Source: Saprolegnia diclina VS20 (taxonomy: Eukaryota). From it: DNA of 64,000 nt. The position numbers and the translations under genes are program-made. Of this stretch, positions 20,691 to 32,100 are shown piece by piece. The notes beneath the pieces were generated by a model. It searched no databases and was not told where the DNA came from. It was given only the letters and a program-made list of their open reading frames with translations. Position 1 is the stretch's first letter. Each line of letters opens with the position of its first letter. The stretch covers positions 39,727 through 103,726 of the forward strand of contig NW_008246096.1 in assembly GCF_000281045.1 (NCBI RefSeq), written 5' to 3'.

Positions 20691-21496
20691 GCTGCGATCA
20701 TCCGGATAGACCAAATCGCGCCAAAGTCCGATCCGGATCGGCGTACTTAACCGGAGTCACCGCGGGCCACTGAACATCACCGTGAGAATGCATCGATATT
20801 GAGTTTCAAAGGTACGCTGTGGGCGCCAATCATTTGATCCGGTGCCACTCCAACATGCTCAGTTTCAAATTCGCCGCCTCCACGGTAGTCGTTAGATATC
20901 GCATGTGAAGTAGTTAGTCGTTTGAAACAGTGATTGACCTATTTGGTCTCGTTCGTATGAAATCGTACCTCTTTAGGTATATATGATTCGAAACGGAAAG
21001 CTGAGTTTCATTATCGATAAAGTAGTCCATCGCGTTCAGTCTTTTGCGTAATATCGTCAGTGCTAGTCGTCAGTAATTCAAAATAACAAGCCTCTCCAAA
21101 AGATTTGTCGATTTTCGCTCCGCCGACACTTTCACCACACAGCGCATTTGGGTGTGGCCGCGAAGCAGTTGATCGGTGCTTGCAGAGTGTAGCGATTCCA
21201 CAAACATAATGCAAGACGAATGAAGTCGCCGAGGGTGAGCGGATGGCTCTTGATGGATCATCTTGCCAGCTCGCGTGCGTCGCAGTATAAACCAAGCCGT
21301 GCATGGGTTACACTTGGGTGGCCAGCGAATCTGCAACGTGCACACTATTTTGGTGGTTTATATCGAACGTTACACGATTTGCGTGTAATAATTCGAAGGC
21401 GCCGTGTGAGCCAATGGGGGCACGGATCGGCCGAGCTTGTGAACGTGGGGCTATCCTCGCCATTCTCGGATTGCCCTCCTAGTACTCAGCATCAAC

Positions 21497-22159
21497 ATGT
21501 TCGCCCGCCGCGTCGTCCGCAACCTCTCCCGCAACGCCACGCGCGCCATGAGCACGCAGGCCCCGGCCCTCGCCCAGAAGGTCTCGGCGCCCTGGATGGT
21601 CGCCGCCGGTATCACGGCTGCCACGGCCCTTGCCTTCTCGACGCCGGCCCAGAACAAGGCCGCGCCCCGCGTCACGCCGTACACGGGCGTCGCCGGCACG
21701 AAGCACGAGCGCACGTTCATCGCCATCAAGCCGGATGGTGTCGAGCGTGGCCTTATCTCGGAGGTCATTGGCCGCTTTGAGAAGAAGGGCTACAAGCTTG
21801 TCGCCATGAAGCTCATGACGGCCACGGAGGCCCGCGCCAGCGACCACTACGCCGACTTGGCCGGTCGCCCGTTCTTCGGCGGCCTTGTCAAGTACTTTGC
21901 CTCGGGCCCCATTGTCTGCATGGTCTGGGAAGGCACGGATGTCATCTTGACGGGCCGCAAGATTCTGGGCGCCACGAACCCCAACCAGGCTGCCCCTGGT
22001 ACGCTCCGTGGCGACAACTGCATCTCGACGGGCCGCAACCTTGTCCACGGCTCGGACGGCCCGGACTCGGCCAAGCACGAGATCGGCATGTGGTTTACGC
22101 AGGCCGAGATCCAGGACTACACGCGCTCGATCGACGAGTGGGTCGTTGCCGACAACTAA
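21497..22159 (+). CDS. NDK: Nucleoside diphosphate kinase with mitochondrial-type presequence
   Basis: ERTFIAIKPDGVERGL, GATNP..AAPGTLRGD, RNLVHGSD (catalytic His); Arg-rich N-terminus followed by a hydrophobic segment. Confidence 0.95.
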   Translation: MFARRVVRNLSRNATRAMSTQAPALAQKVSAPWMVAAGITAATALAFSTPAQNKAAPRVTPYTGVAGTKHERTFIAIKPDGVERGLISEVIGRFEKKGYKLVAMKLMTATEARASDHYADLAGRPFFGGLVKYFASGPIVCMVWEGTDVILTGRKILGATNPNQAAPGTLRGDNCISTGRNLVHGSDGPDSAKHEIGMWFTQAEIQDYTRSIDEWVVADN

Positions 22160-22726
22160 ATGCTCGTCCTAGCGTTTGGTAACTAACTACACATTCAACA
22201 CCACTTTCTGCAAACGTTGTGCACTCGATACGCTTCTTTCCAACAATCTGCTTTCCGCTCAGGATCCAGCACCACCTCATCCTCAACGTACCTGGCTGGC
22301 TTGCAGCCGCTTCATTCTGATCACGTCTGAGCTGGCGCCGATGCTAATGCAGCAGTGGATGGACAGCGTCCCTTGCGCCTCCTGCCACCTCTACCCGAGT
22401 AGCATCGCGTGCCCAGCCCTCTCCACGTACTGTACCATCGTGCCTAGCTTGGTCAGCGCGCATGGTGTTCTCGCATCCATCCCGCAGCCGCGGCTTGGTC
22501 TGGCTTGCTCGTCGTTGCCGGCCTTTTCTTTGTTGACGGCGTTGACTTTGCGTCATGACAAGCTGTCGAGATCCCAGGCTTTAATCCTTCGCGTCGTGAT
22601 TGGTCATATGTCACCCGACGGGCGCGATTCCATTGGCTGAAACCACAGAAAAAGATAGACAGTCATTTCCTATAGATGCTAATTTGCATTTTTCTCCCAA
22701 AAGAACGGGTCGGGACGAAGCACGAG

Positions 22727-25072
22727 ATGGACGACTCGAGCGCGTTCAGCATGGACGAGGACAAGCGGGCGTCGCTCCTCGAGTGGCTGCAGACCTTCGC
22801 TACCGACGTCGCCGCCCCCGCCGACTTCACATGGCAGACCCTCGCCGATGGCATCTTCCTCGGGCGCGTCGTCAACCGCATGTAAGATCCATGCTCGGCG
22901 AAAGGGCCCTCTTCCTCATCATGCTGGCCTGGTAGCGACCCGGACTACGTCGACCTCGAGAGTATCAAGGAAGACAGCGACATGACGTGGATCCTCAAGT
23001 CGGCCAACTTTAATGTGATTGCGCGTGGCATCGAGACGTTCTACCAAGAGGAGCTCGCGGTGCGCTGCGACGTTGCGGCCTACGTCGACCTCAATGGCAT
23101 CTCCCGGGCGTCGAGCATGGACATCCCGACCGAAGTCGAGCTCGGGAAGCTCGCGGCGCTCATCTTGTACTGCGCGGTCAACTGCGCCGACCGCCAGACG
23201 TTTGTCATGCGCATTTTGAACCTTGAGCAGCGTGTGCAGCTAAGCGTCATGAGCCTCATCGAGCAGCTCACGTCGTTTTTTCCGCCCATGTCGCCCGCGG
23301 GCAGTCGCAGCGGGTCGGCCTTTTCGCCGACGATGTCCCCAAGCATTCCCCCACCGGCGGCCGCGGACATGACGCCCCTTCGTGGCTACAGCCATGCCGA
23401 AACGAGCACCGAGATGAACGAAATCAAGGAGCGCCTCATGACGGCTGAGAGCAAGTGGCAGGACGCCGAGCAAGACAAGCGCCGGATTACAGAAGAGTAC
23501 GAGAAGCTCGCGATCGACTTTGCCGCGACGCGCGCGCGGATCGTCAACCTCGAGGACGAGAACGGTCGCCTCAACGCCGAGCGCCAGCAATCGATCGCGC
23601 GCGACAACAAGAAGCTCGAAGAACTCGTGAACGCCGAGAAACACGCGCTGACGATGGAGCTCCAAGCCAAAACGGACGAGCTCAATCAGATTAAGAAGGA
23701 GTCGTCGGAGCGCATGATGGTGCTCGAACATGAAGTTCGCCGGCAAGCGGTACGATCGCAATGATGATTCAAACTCAAAATCACTCTATGTACAGGACGA
23801 GCTCGATATCTCGCGCTCCAAGCTCGTGGCGCTCGCCAAGCTCGAGAGCACGGTCGTCAAGTACAAGCAGAAGCTCGACGAGATGAACACGATCAAACAG
23901 CACGTCAAGGAGGTCGAGAGCCAGAACTCGTCGTACCTCGAGAAGATGCTCGACCTGGAAAGCACGATCAAGACCATGCCGACGCTCAAGCTCGCGATCG
24001 AAAAGTACAAGAACCAAGTCGTCGAGCTCGAGACGGCCAACGTCGAAATCATGTCGTCGCTTCAAATCAAGGAGCACAAGGTGCGTCAGCTCCAGGAAGA
24101 GCTCGAGACCGCGATGCACGGCAAGGAGTTTCTCGAGCACCAGCTTGAGGAGCTGCGCTCGAACGTCCCGGACGAGGACGGGAGCGACATGGGCATGTAC
24201 ACGAGCGCAGCCGACGTCTTGGGCGGCGGCATGCCGTTTCGCGAGCAGATTGCGCGCCTCGAGCGTGAAAATAAAGTGCTCAAGGAGCAACTCAACGCGA
24301 TGCCGCAGAGCAGCGATGCGGCGGCTGCCACGTCGACGGGCCCGAGTGGCGAAGTGCTCTTGCTCCAGCACGAGCGCGACGACGCCTTGCGTATGAAGGT
24401 GGTCTGGCAGGAGAAGGCGCTCGAGATGAAGCGTCAGCTCGAACAAATGAGCGATGCGGCCGCGCCGTCGTCATCGTCGGGTGCGGCGCCACCGCAGCAC
24501 GTCGCGCACCTCGAAGCCGCGAACGCCAAGTTGCTCTCGCAGCTCCAGGCGCACGAAGAACAGGCGCGGAAGCTCACCAACAACATTGAAGAGAGCGACT
24601 CGCTCCGTGCGACGATCGGCGAACTCACCAACCGACTGAAGGAGAAGGAGACGACGATCAACAACTTGTCGCAGGACAAGGAAAAGCTCGAGACGTACAC
24701 GAAGAAGACGCTGCACGCCGTGCAGAGCAAGTACATGGTCGCGATGAGCACGCACCGCAACCAACTGGCCGAGAAGCAGGCCAAGGTCGACCTCCTCGAG
24801 TCCAAGCTCAAGGACCTCAAGTCGATCCAGAAGCGCGAGCAAGCGCTGCTCATGTCGTCGTTCTACGAGGTATCACCCCACCCGTAATATGTGCTTTGCA
24901 CCACGCGTCTTCATGTGCGTAGATTGGCGGCGAAATGCAGCGGAGAACCATGATGCCCCAGCAAGCAACGCAGGGCGCCGCGGCCTCGGCCGCCGCGAGC
25001 CAAGTGCCACCCCTCGCCGCGTGGCTCCCCAACAAGCGGTCCGACAACCGGACGGCCAAGCGCCAGACCTAG
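22727..25072 (+). CDS. HOOK: HOOK-family dynein adaptor (Hook domain + long coiled coil), 4 exons
   Basis: SLLEWLQTF...LADGIFL...ELGKLAALILYCAVNC..RQTFV..I..LE..VQ..M..I, long coiled coil, C-terminal REQALLMSSFYEIG; introns near 22882, 23750 and 24870. Confidence 0.85.
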
Positions 25073-25146
25073 GCATTCGCCCTTGGGCGTCGTAACCCGC
25101 TTGCATGAATCAACCATATAAAACGTCGTGTGGTGTGTTGACGCTG

Positions 25147-26179
25147 CTAATCTGACGTGCTCACGCCGAGGTTCACAAGCGCGCGCGTGGCTTGCTGGCA
25201 AATGCGGTCGTTGGGCGAACGCACGAGAAACTGCAGCGCGTCAACGCCGCCAAGGCGCACGATGAGCTCCTTGTTCTCAGCTATTCATCGCGATACATGA
25301 GAGATGCATCGTCCACACGAGTTAGTCGCACCATTGACGGACAGGTTGCGCAGCGCACGCGCGACCTGCGACTGCAGCTCCATCGAGTCCGACTTGGCCC
25401 CGCGAATGATCGGTTCCAAGCCACCTTCACGTGCAATTTCCACTTCGTTCGCATCTACATACACCACATTCACAACTTTTGTTGGAAGATGTCGAGTCGC
25501 ATACCGTTGACAGCCAAGTTGGCGAGCGCGGCAATGGCCTCGACGGCGACGCCGACTTGCTTGGAGCACGCCAACTTGATGAGTGGCTTGATCCCGCCCG
25601 CCTTGGCAATCTTTTCCTTGTTGTCGACTATCATCGGTATCAGCACCGGCGAGACGCATCGCCGCTGTACCGTTGACGCCAAGGTTCGCCAGGGCTTTCG
25701 CCGCCTGGCGCTGCACGTGTTCGTTGTCCGACGCCAAGAGATCGATGAGCATGTCAATGCCGCCTTCGTTCGCCATCTTGGTTTGGTTGTCCGCTAATAC
25801 ACTGCATGAGAATGGCCAGCATCGTACCAAGCTGTACAGTTGACGGAGAGGTTTGCGAGCGCATGAGCGGCGAGGCGCTGCACCTCCGTGTCCTTGGACT
25901 GCGTCAAGGGCAAGAGCAGCTGGAGGCCATCGAGCTCGACAATTTGCACTTGGCGATCCGCTACAGGCGCCATGAGCCTCCATCGTCGCAGCACGTGCAC
26001 GCACGCTTGACCGCTTCGTTCGCGAGCTTCTCGGCGACTTCTCTCTGCAAGCTGGCGTCGGCGCTCTTGGCGTACGCGATGAGCCGCTGGAGGTTGACCT
26101 TCAAGGCCTCCGTGAAGCCCTCGTCCGAGTCTTCGTACGTGAACTCTTCCTTGCTGCCCTTCGATCCTGAGGCCCCCAT
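25147..26179 (-). CDS. Short Vac8-like armadillo-repeat protein with MGASGSK myristoylation-type N-terminus, 6 exons
   Basis: Repeats ending A.ALANL.VN with GG..L..L motifs; introns at 25961-26004, 25794-25837, 25628-25670, 25455-25504 and 25281-25331. Confidence 0.85.
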
Positions 26180-26440
26180 CGCCCGCAACCGTCGCTCCCG
26201 AAAATGACGAAGAACGTATCTAACGGTATCCGTATCCGGACGCGCAACACAGTCTCACTGCACGCAATTTATCACGTTATCGTGCGGGTGTTGGTACACG
26301 CGTCCGGTAAAAAATTGCGTTTTTATAGAGTATCGCACGCTCTGGTCAAGATCGAAATCGCCTACATGGCTTGACAACTTGTTTGACTGGAAACCATTGT
26401 CATGCGCAAAGTCGGCCAATCCGAGCTTATTTCATACACG

Positions 26441-28610
26441 TTAAAGACTCTCCTGGACGTGGTCGCGGAAGATATGCGCGAGCTTGTACGCAGTCGGACG
26501 ATCGTTGGGCTCGGACGCTACGCACTGCGTCGCCACGTCGCGGAGCCAGCTCGGCATTTTGGCCGAGAACGTCGGCTTCAACGAGCCCGCAATCACCATG
26601 CCCATGATCGCCGTGTCCACGAGCGGCTTGCCGTTCTTCTCGTTGATAACACCGGCGTACGGGATTTGGTGCGAGTCAAACTCGGACAAGAGCATGCCAA
26701 ACGAAAAGATGTCGGCCGCCACCGTGTAGTGGTTGAACTGGAGGATCTCGGGCGCCATCCAGCGGTACGTGCCGACGCCAACGGTCATGGTTTCGTGCGT
26801 GTCTTCCTTGGAGACGCCAAAGTCGGTGAGTTTGGTGCCTTTGGCCGAGTCGAGAAGCACGTTGCGCGACTTGAGGTCGCGGTGGATGATCTGCATCGAG
26901 TGCAAGTACACAAGTGCGTACACGATGCTGTGAATGCACGAGATCTTGGCGCTCCACGAAAACTCGTTCGGCTTGTGGTTGGCGAGGTAGTCGCGGAGGT
27001 CGCCCATGTTCATGTACTCGAGCACACACCGGATCGAGGACGGAGTCGTCCACGTCGCGCCAATCAAGGATACAATGTGCGGCGAGTCAAACCTATAGCG
27101 AGGGTAGTGTTGGCATTCCGTTGAACGAGCAAAGGTATACGCACTGGGCGAGGAGCTTGATCTCGTCTACAAGGCCCTGCACGTCGACCGCGGACGACCG
27201 TGTGTGCAGCAGCATCTTGACAGCGACTGTCTTGTGCTTGTACTCGGCGCGCCAGACTTCGCCAAACGCCCCGGTTGCAATCTTGTCCTTGATGACGACC
27301 TCGGTCGCATCCAGCCGGTGCGTGGCCAGCTCCTGGAGGTTGAACGTCTGATCCTGCGACCCCGTCGCCGTGCGCGGTGTGGCCGACGCGTGCGAGTAAG
27401 GCGCCTCGACTGTCGTGGTAACGTTCTCATGCGCTTGCTTGCGCCGGCGGCAGTAGCAGTAGGCGCCAAGCGCGAGGAGAACCAGGACGACGACACCGAC
27501 GACGACACCGACGATCGTGCCCGTGTTGCTGGAGCTCCCGTTCGACGTTGCGTCATTGATCGTGGCGGCGGTCGGTGCCGGTGTCGCGTCTAGAGTTGCA
27601 GATCTTAGCGACAAGCGATGCGAGAGAACATACCCGAGTAGACGCAGATCGTATTGTTGGTCCAGATCGTCTGGAGCGCGCCGTTGGCCTTGGCGCAGAG
27701 CGCAGCGTCACTTGCAATGGGGAGGACCGAGCAGCTCTTGTTGAGCCCGTTGAGCGCTTTAAAGGTACTTGGCGACACGATAAAGTTGGTGATGGCGACC
27801 GTGCCTTGGCTACTGCCACAGTCACTACACAAGAGAACCTGAGCGAGAGTCCAGACATACAATGTATGTACAAAGTCTTGAGTTTGGGCGAGAACGTCAC
27901 GTTGACGATGCTCGTAACTGGGTTGCCATTGGTCGCAAACGACTCCAAGTGCGACAGATCGGCGTTGGCGAGCGATTTCATCAAGTTCGACTGCAGATCC
28001 CTACGACCCACGGCAAGAGCATGATTTAGATGCTAAATCAGGCACGTAGGAATGGACGTACAGGCTCAGAATCGTCGCAGGCAAGTTGGTGGGCAGCGTC
28101 GTCAAGTTGTTGACCATCAAGTTCCTACAAACGCATTCGCTTCGTGGTTGGCTATACGAGGCTTATCCACGTACAGCGACTGAAGCGCCAAGGGCCATGT
28201 CATCGACGACGGGATCTCTGTCAGCTCATTGTACGAGAGCTCGCTACCGAGGGGTTGTGACGCAACGCTTTACGACAGGAGCCTACAGTGTGACGAGACC
28301 GGCCGGCCACAGCAGCTTGGACGTATCTCGAAGCACCTTGGGCGAGAAGCGGACGCGCCTAGGAAGGATTCGTGATGTTCGTCAGGGCGCAGGACGAGGC
28401 GACGTACAGCGACGGGTTGCGGTAGTTGGTGAGGGCGCCGATCTGCGTGATGCTGCCAAAGGACGCCCGCGTGTCCGGCTCCTCGAGCGTGGCTTGGCAC
28501 GTGGCGTTGAGGACGCAGATCATTCCTTGGCTGCAGTAGCCGCCCGTGCCAATGGTAAGGATCGCGAGGTCCGGCGGGTTCCCCATGGCAGCGCAGGACC
28601 CGACACCCAT
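26441..28610 (-). CDS. Transmembrane TKL protein kinase with LRR-like ectodomain, multi-exon; start uncertain
   Basis: IATGAFGEVW, VAVK, HRDLKSRNVLLD..KGTKLTDFG, GTYRWMAPE, DIFSFG; TM IVGVVVGVVVLVLLALGAYCYC followed by RRRK; LRR-like LQSNLMKSL, GNPVTSI..V.F...LK.L upstream. Confidence 0.85.
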
Positions 28611-29176
28611 GGCGTGTGCTGCACAGAAGAATTGGTAATGCAGGTTGGATGCGGCAAGAATACCGGATACGGTTGTTGCGTATCCGTAACTTGTGGTAAT
28701 ATCGCTCTGGACAGCTTTGCACAGGTTTGTGACAAGCTGCACCATGGCTCTCTTCCTACGTCCCGTCCACGACGCAGATCTGGGCCACGAGACGCTCGGG
28801 CCGGCCGTCAAGGTTGCCTGCGCTGCTCCAGACAAGAGAGGTGCACCGATCCAAGTCGACTGATGTTGAATTAGACCTCCAGTAACGCCACTGGTAGTGT
28901 GCTTGAATCGCACATGTAGGTGTCTAGGTGAGCATGTCGCCCAGAAGATACCAAGCGGAGGGCGCAATGCTGTTCGCTGAGCGTTCACCTGCTCAGTAGG
29001 GCGCCAACAGCATCACAGATATGAGCTATCGCAACCCCAACTCTGAATCAGGCCACCTCGATACCGACTTGATACAACACTACTAAGTACGCTCCGTACC
29101 TACCGAAAAGCGTACTTGAATGGGAGGACTTAAGCCGACACCAACCCAGACGGCCAACATTCCGGACGCAGGCAAC

Positions 29177-32100
29177 ATGGCAGGTAAGCTGGTCGCAAGC
29201 CATCATCTTCGTCGCGCTCATGGCTGCATGCAGACCTTCCTCGCTCCACATCAAGCAGCATCAAGGTAGATGCGATGGATGCGACCATGGCGCTCATCGC
29301 GCGTAGGGTGGCGACGAGGCCGCCTCGGGCTGCACCATCTGCGGCTTCGACAACAACGCGGACAACATTTTGCTGTGCGACGGCCCCAACTGCGCTGCCG
29401 AGTACCACACGTACTGCCTCGATCCTCCGCTCGAGGATGTGCCCGAAGACAACTTCTACTGCCCTGCATGCTGCAACGGGCCCGCGTATGAGTTTCGCGC
29501 TCGTCCAGACGATCGTACGCTACATGTACCTCGCAACGCTAACCAGTATGCTATAGAGGAGACAGTAAGCGCAGCGTCCGACCGGTTCGAGCTCCGTCCG
29601 TGCAAAGGCTTTGTCGGCGTCTTGCGGCGCTGGCTCAAGCGCGAGAACGGCAAGTGCTCCAAGGTCTTTTACAAGCCTTTCGTCGCCGACATCCCGACCG
29701 TCCATCTCCGCGTCAGCAGCAACAAGGATGCGAACGCATACGAGACGGAAGCTGCGGCCGCCAAGGCGTACGACCAGTTTGCTTTCAACCTCGCGCTCAC
29801 CGAGGACCGCGACGTCGGTGTTGTCAGCTTCAACTTTCCGGCCAAGCTCGAAGACTATCGCCGTGCCGGCAAGCCGCTGCGCACGGACGTCGAGGACGCC
29901 GCACGCCGGGCCTCCCGCCGCACCAAGACCGACGTGCGCGGGCAGAAGCGTGCGACCGAGCCCGAACCTCCCTCGGCCAAGAAGCGCAAGCTCGAGGGCG
30001 AGATCCCGACCGACTACATTGGCGTCCACGTGTTTCCTGACCACTCGATCGCGCAGCTCAGGATCATTGAGAAGCTCGTGCATCTCGGCGAGTTCGAGTC
30101 GCCCGAAGAAGCCGCCGAAGCCTATGACCGGGCGGCCGTCAAGCACTACTGCCGGGGCACGCCGCTCAACTTTCCCAACCGTCTCCCCGAGTACTTGGCC
30201 GAGACGACGACGACCGCACCATCGTACGTGATTCCCGACAACCGCTACAACAAGAACGTCGGAAAGCTCCGCGATTGGACCAAGAAGTTGGACCAGACGC
30301 GCAAGCTTATGGAGGCCACACGCCGCGTGCAGTGGCCGTCATTGGACGCCGACGGGATCGAAGCCGGCCCCGAGATTCTCGAAGCCTTTAGCTCCACCGA
30401 CAAAAAGGTACTTACTACCTAGTCATGCATTGAGCAGACAACACGCCGCGTCTAGTTGCGCGAGGCGTGCGCGGCCGTGGATGCATCCGTCGATAGCATC
30501 GTCCAAGAGTCCAAGTACTACCAAGAAAAGTCGCCGACGGGGCTCTTCCTCAACCCGCCGCCCGCCGGCTGCTTTATCGAGCTCCTGGCGCCGACCGAGT
30601 ACATACTGTACTGCAAAGCCATCAACGACTTTTCGACCAAAACCGACTTTGACGGTGCGCTAGGAGTATGTGCCGATTTGATCGACGTGTTTGTATGATC
30701 CTAGATAGCAAGTCGCTCAACAAGGCCCTCACGACCCTCCTGGCAACCCGCACAAGCTTTATCCGCAAGAAGGCGGCCGAAGACATGTTGATTCAAGAGC
30801 TCGAGGACTTTATGGCGACGGCCATTCGAGTCTTCGAGCCGTCGGGGCGGCCCGTCGACGACTCGGGGTATTTCCCCAACTGCAAGTACGTCAAGACGAC
30901 GCCGCTCAAGCTCGAAGACGGCACGATGCTCGTGGACGAATGCTGCATCGCGATCGAGCAACCGGCGGGCGACGTCTACGAGCTCTACCCGCTGCAGACG
31001 CTGACGCGCAAGGAGCTATCCGACGGCACGCCGTTGCTGTGGTCGCTTGACGACGTCGCGGCCCACAGCATCAACGAGTTGGACGCGTTCACGTACAAGG
31101 TCGACCTCTCGGCTACGTCGCAAGAGGACATTGTCTCGCTCCTGACGACGGCGTTCGACCACGAGCATTCGCTCCGCAAAGACGTCAAGAGCCTCTTGGA
31201 AAGCAAAAAAAAGAGCGTCGAGAAGATGCGTGCGACCGAGACCAAGCACGACGCCTTCTTGGAGCAGTGGCCGGCCATCGACGCTGCGCACAACGCCGAA
31301 GTCGACGCGCAGCGCGTCATTCGCGAGAGCGCCGAGCACGACCTTGTGTTTCTCCAGACGATCGACCATTTTGTGTCGCCCAACGTGGCGGCGGTGCTCG
31401 AAACGTGCATGCAGCACCTCGCGTCGTACGTGGCCACGCTCACGCGCCGCCTCAAGACGTTCCAAACCGAGTTTGCGTACTACGTCTCGGCCCTCACCGA
31501 GCTCCTCGCGGACGGCCTTGACGATGACTTTGTGTCGGAGAGCTACGTACGCTTTTTCACGCGCGAGTTGCATGGGCTCTGGAAGGAGAAGCATGCAGCG
31601 ACCGAGATCCTCTACCTCGTCGCGCGCTCGATGACCAAAGCCATCGAGACGCAGGGCGCCGTCGGCGACGTCCAAAGCCTCCAGGACACGGTGCGGTCGC
31701 TCGTCCAGAAGTGGGAAGCTTTCGAGTGGCCCGCAACACTTCTCGAAGCAGCCAACACCAAAACGTACCTCCAGGACGCCACATCGGCGCCGACCATCAT
31801 GATCAAGGCCGAGCCCACCAACACGATCAACGAGCTTCAGGACTTGCTCGTGTCGACGCTCGAGTCGGCGGTGGCGGCCCCCGCTGCCTCAACTGAGAAG
31901 ACGCGGACGACGTCGACGCTCGTGCTGTACCATCCGGTGTGTGTCAAGCACGAGACGCCCAAGGAGCATCCCGAGTGCCCGGCCCGGCTCACGGTAACCT
32001 CGCTTTCACCTCGTTTGAAGCGCACACAGGCGGATTCGTGTAGCGCGTCGTGGCCACGTTGTCGGACTTGAGCGAGCAACACCCGCGGACGCTCCATGTG

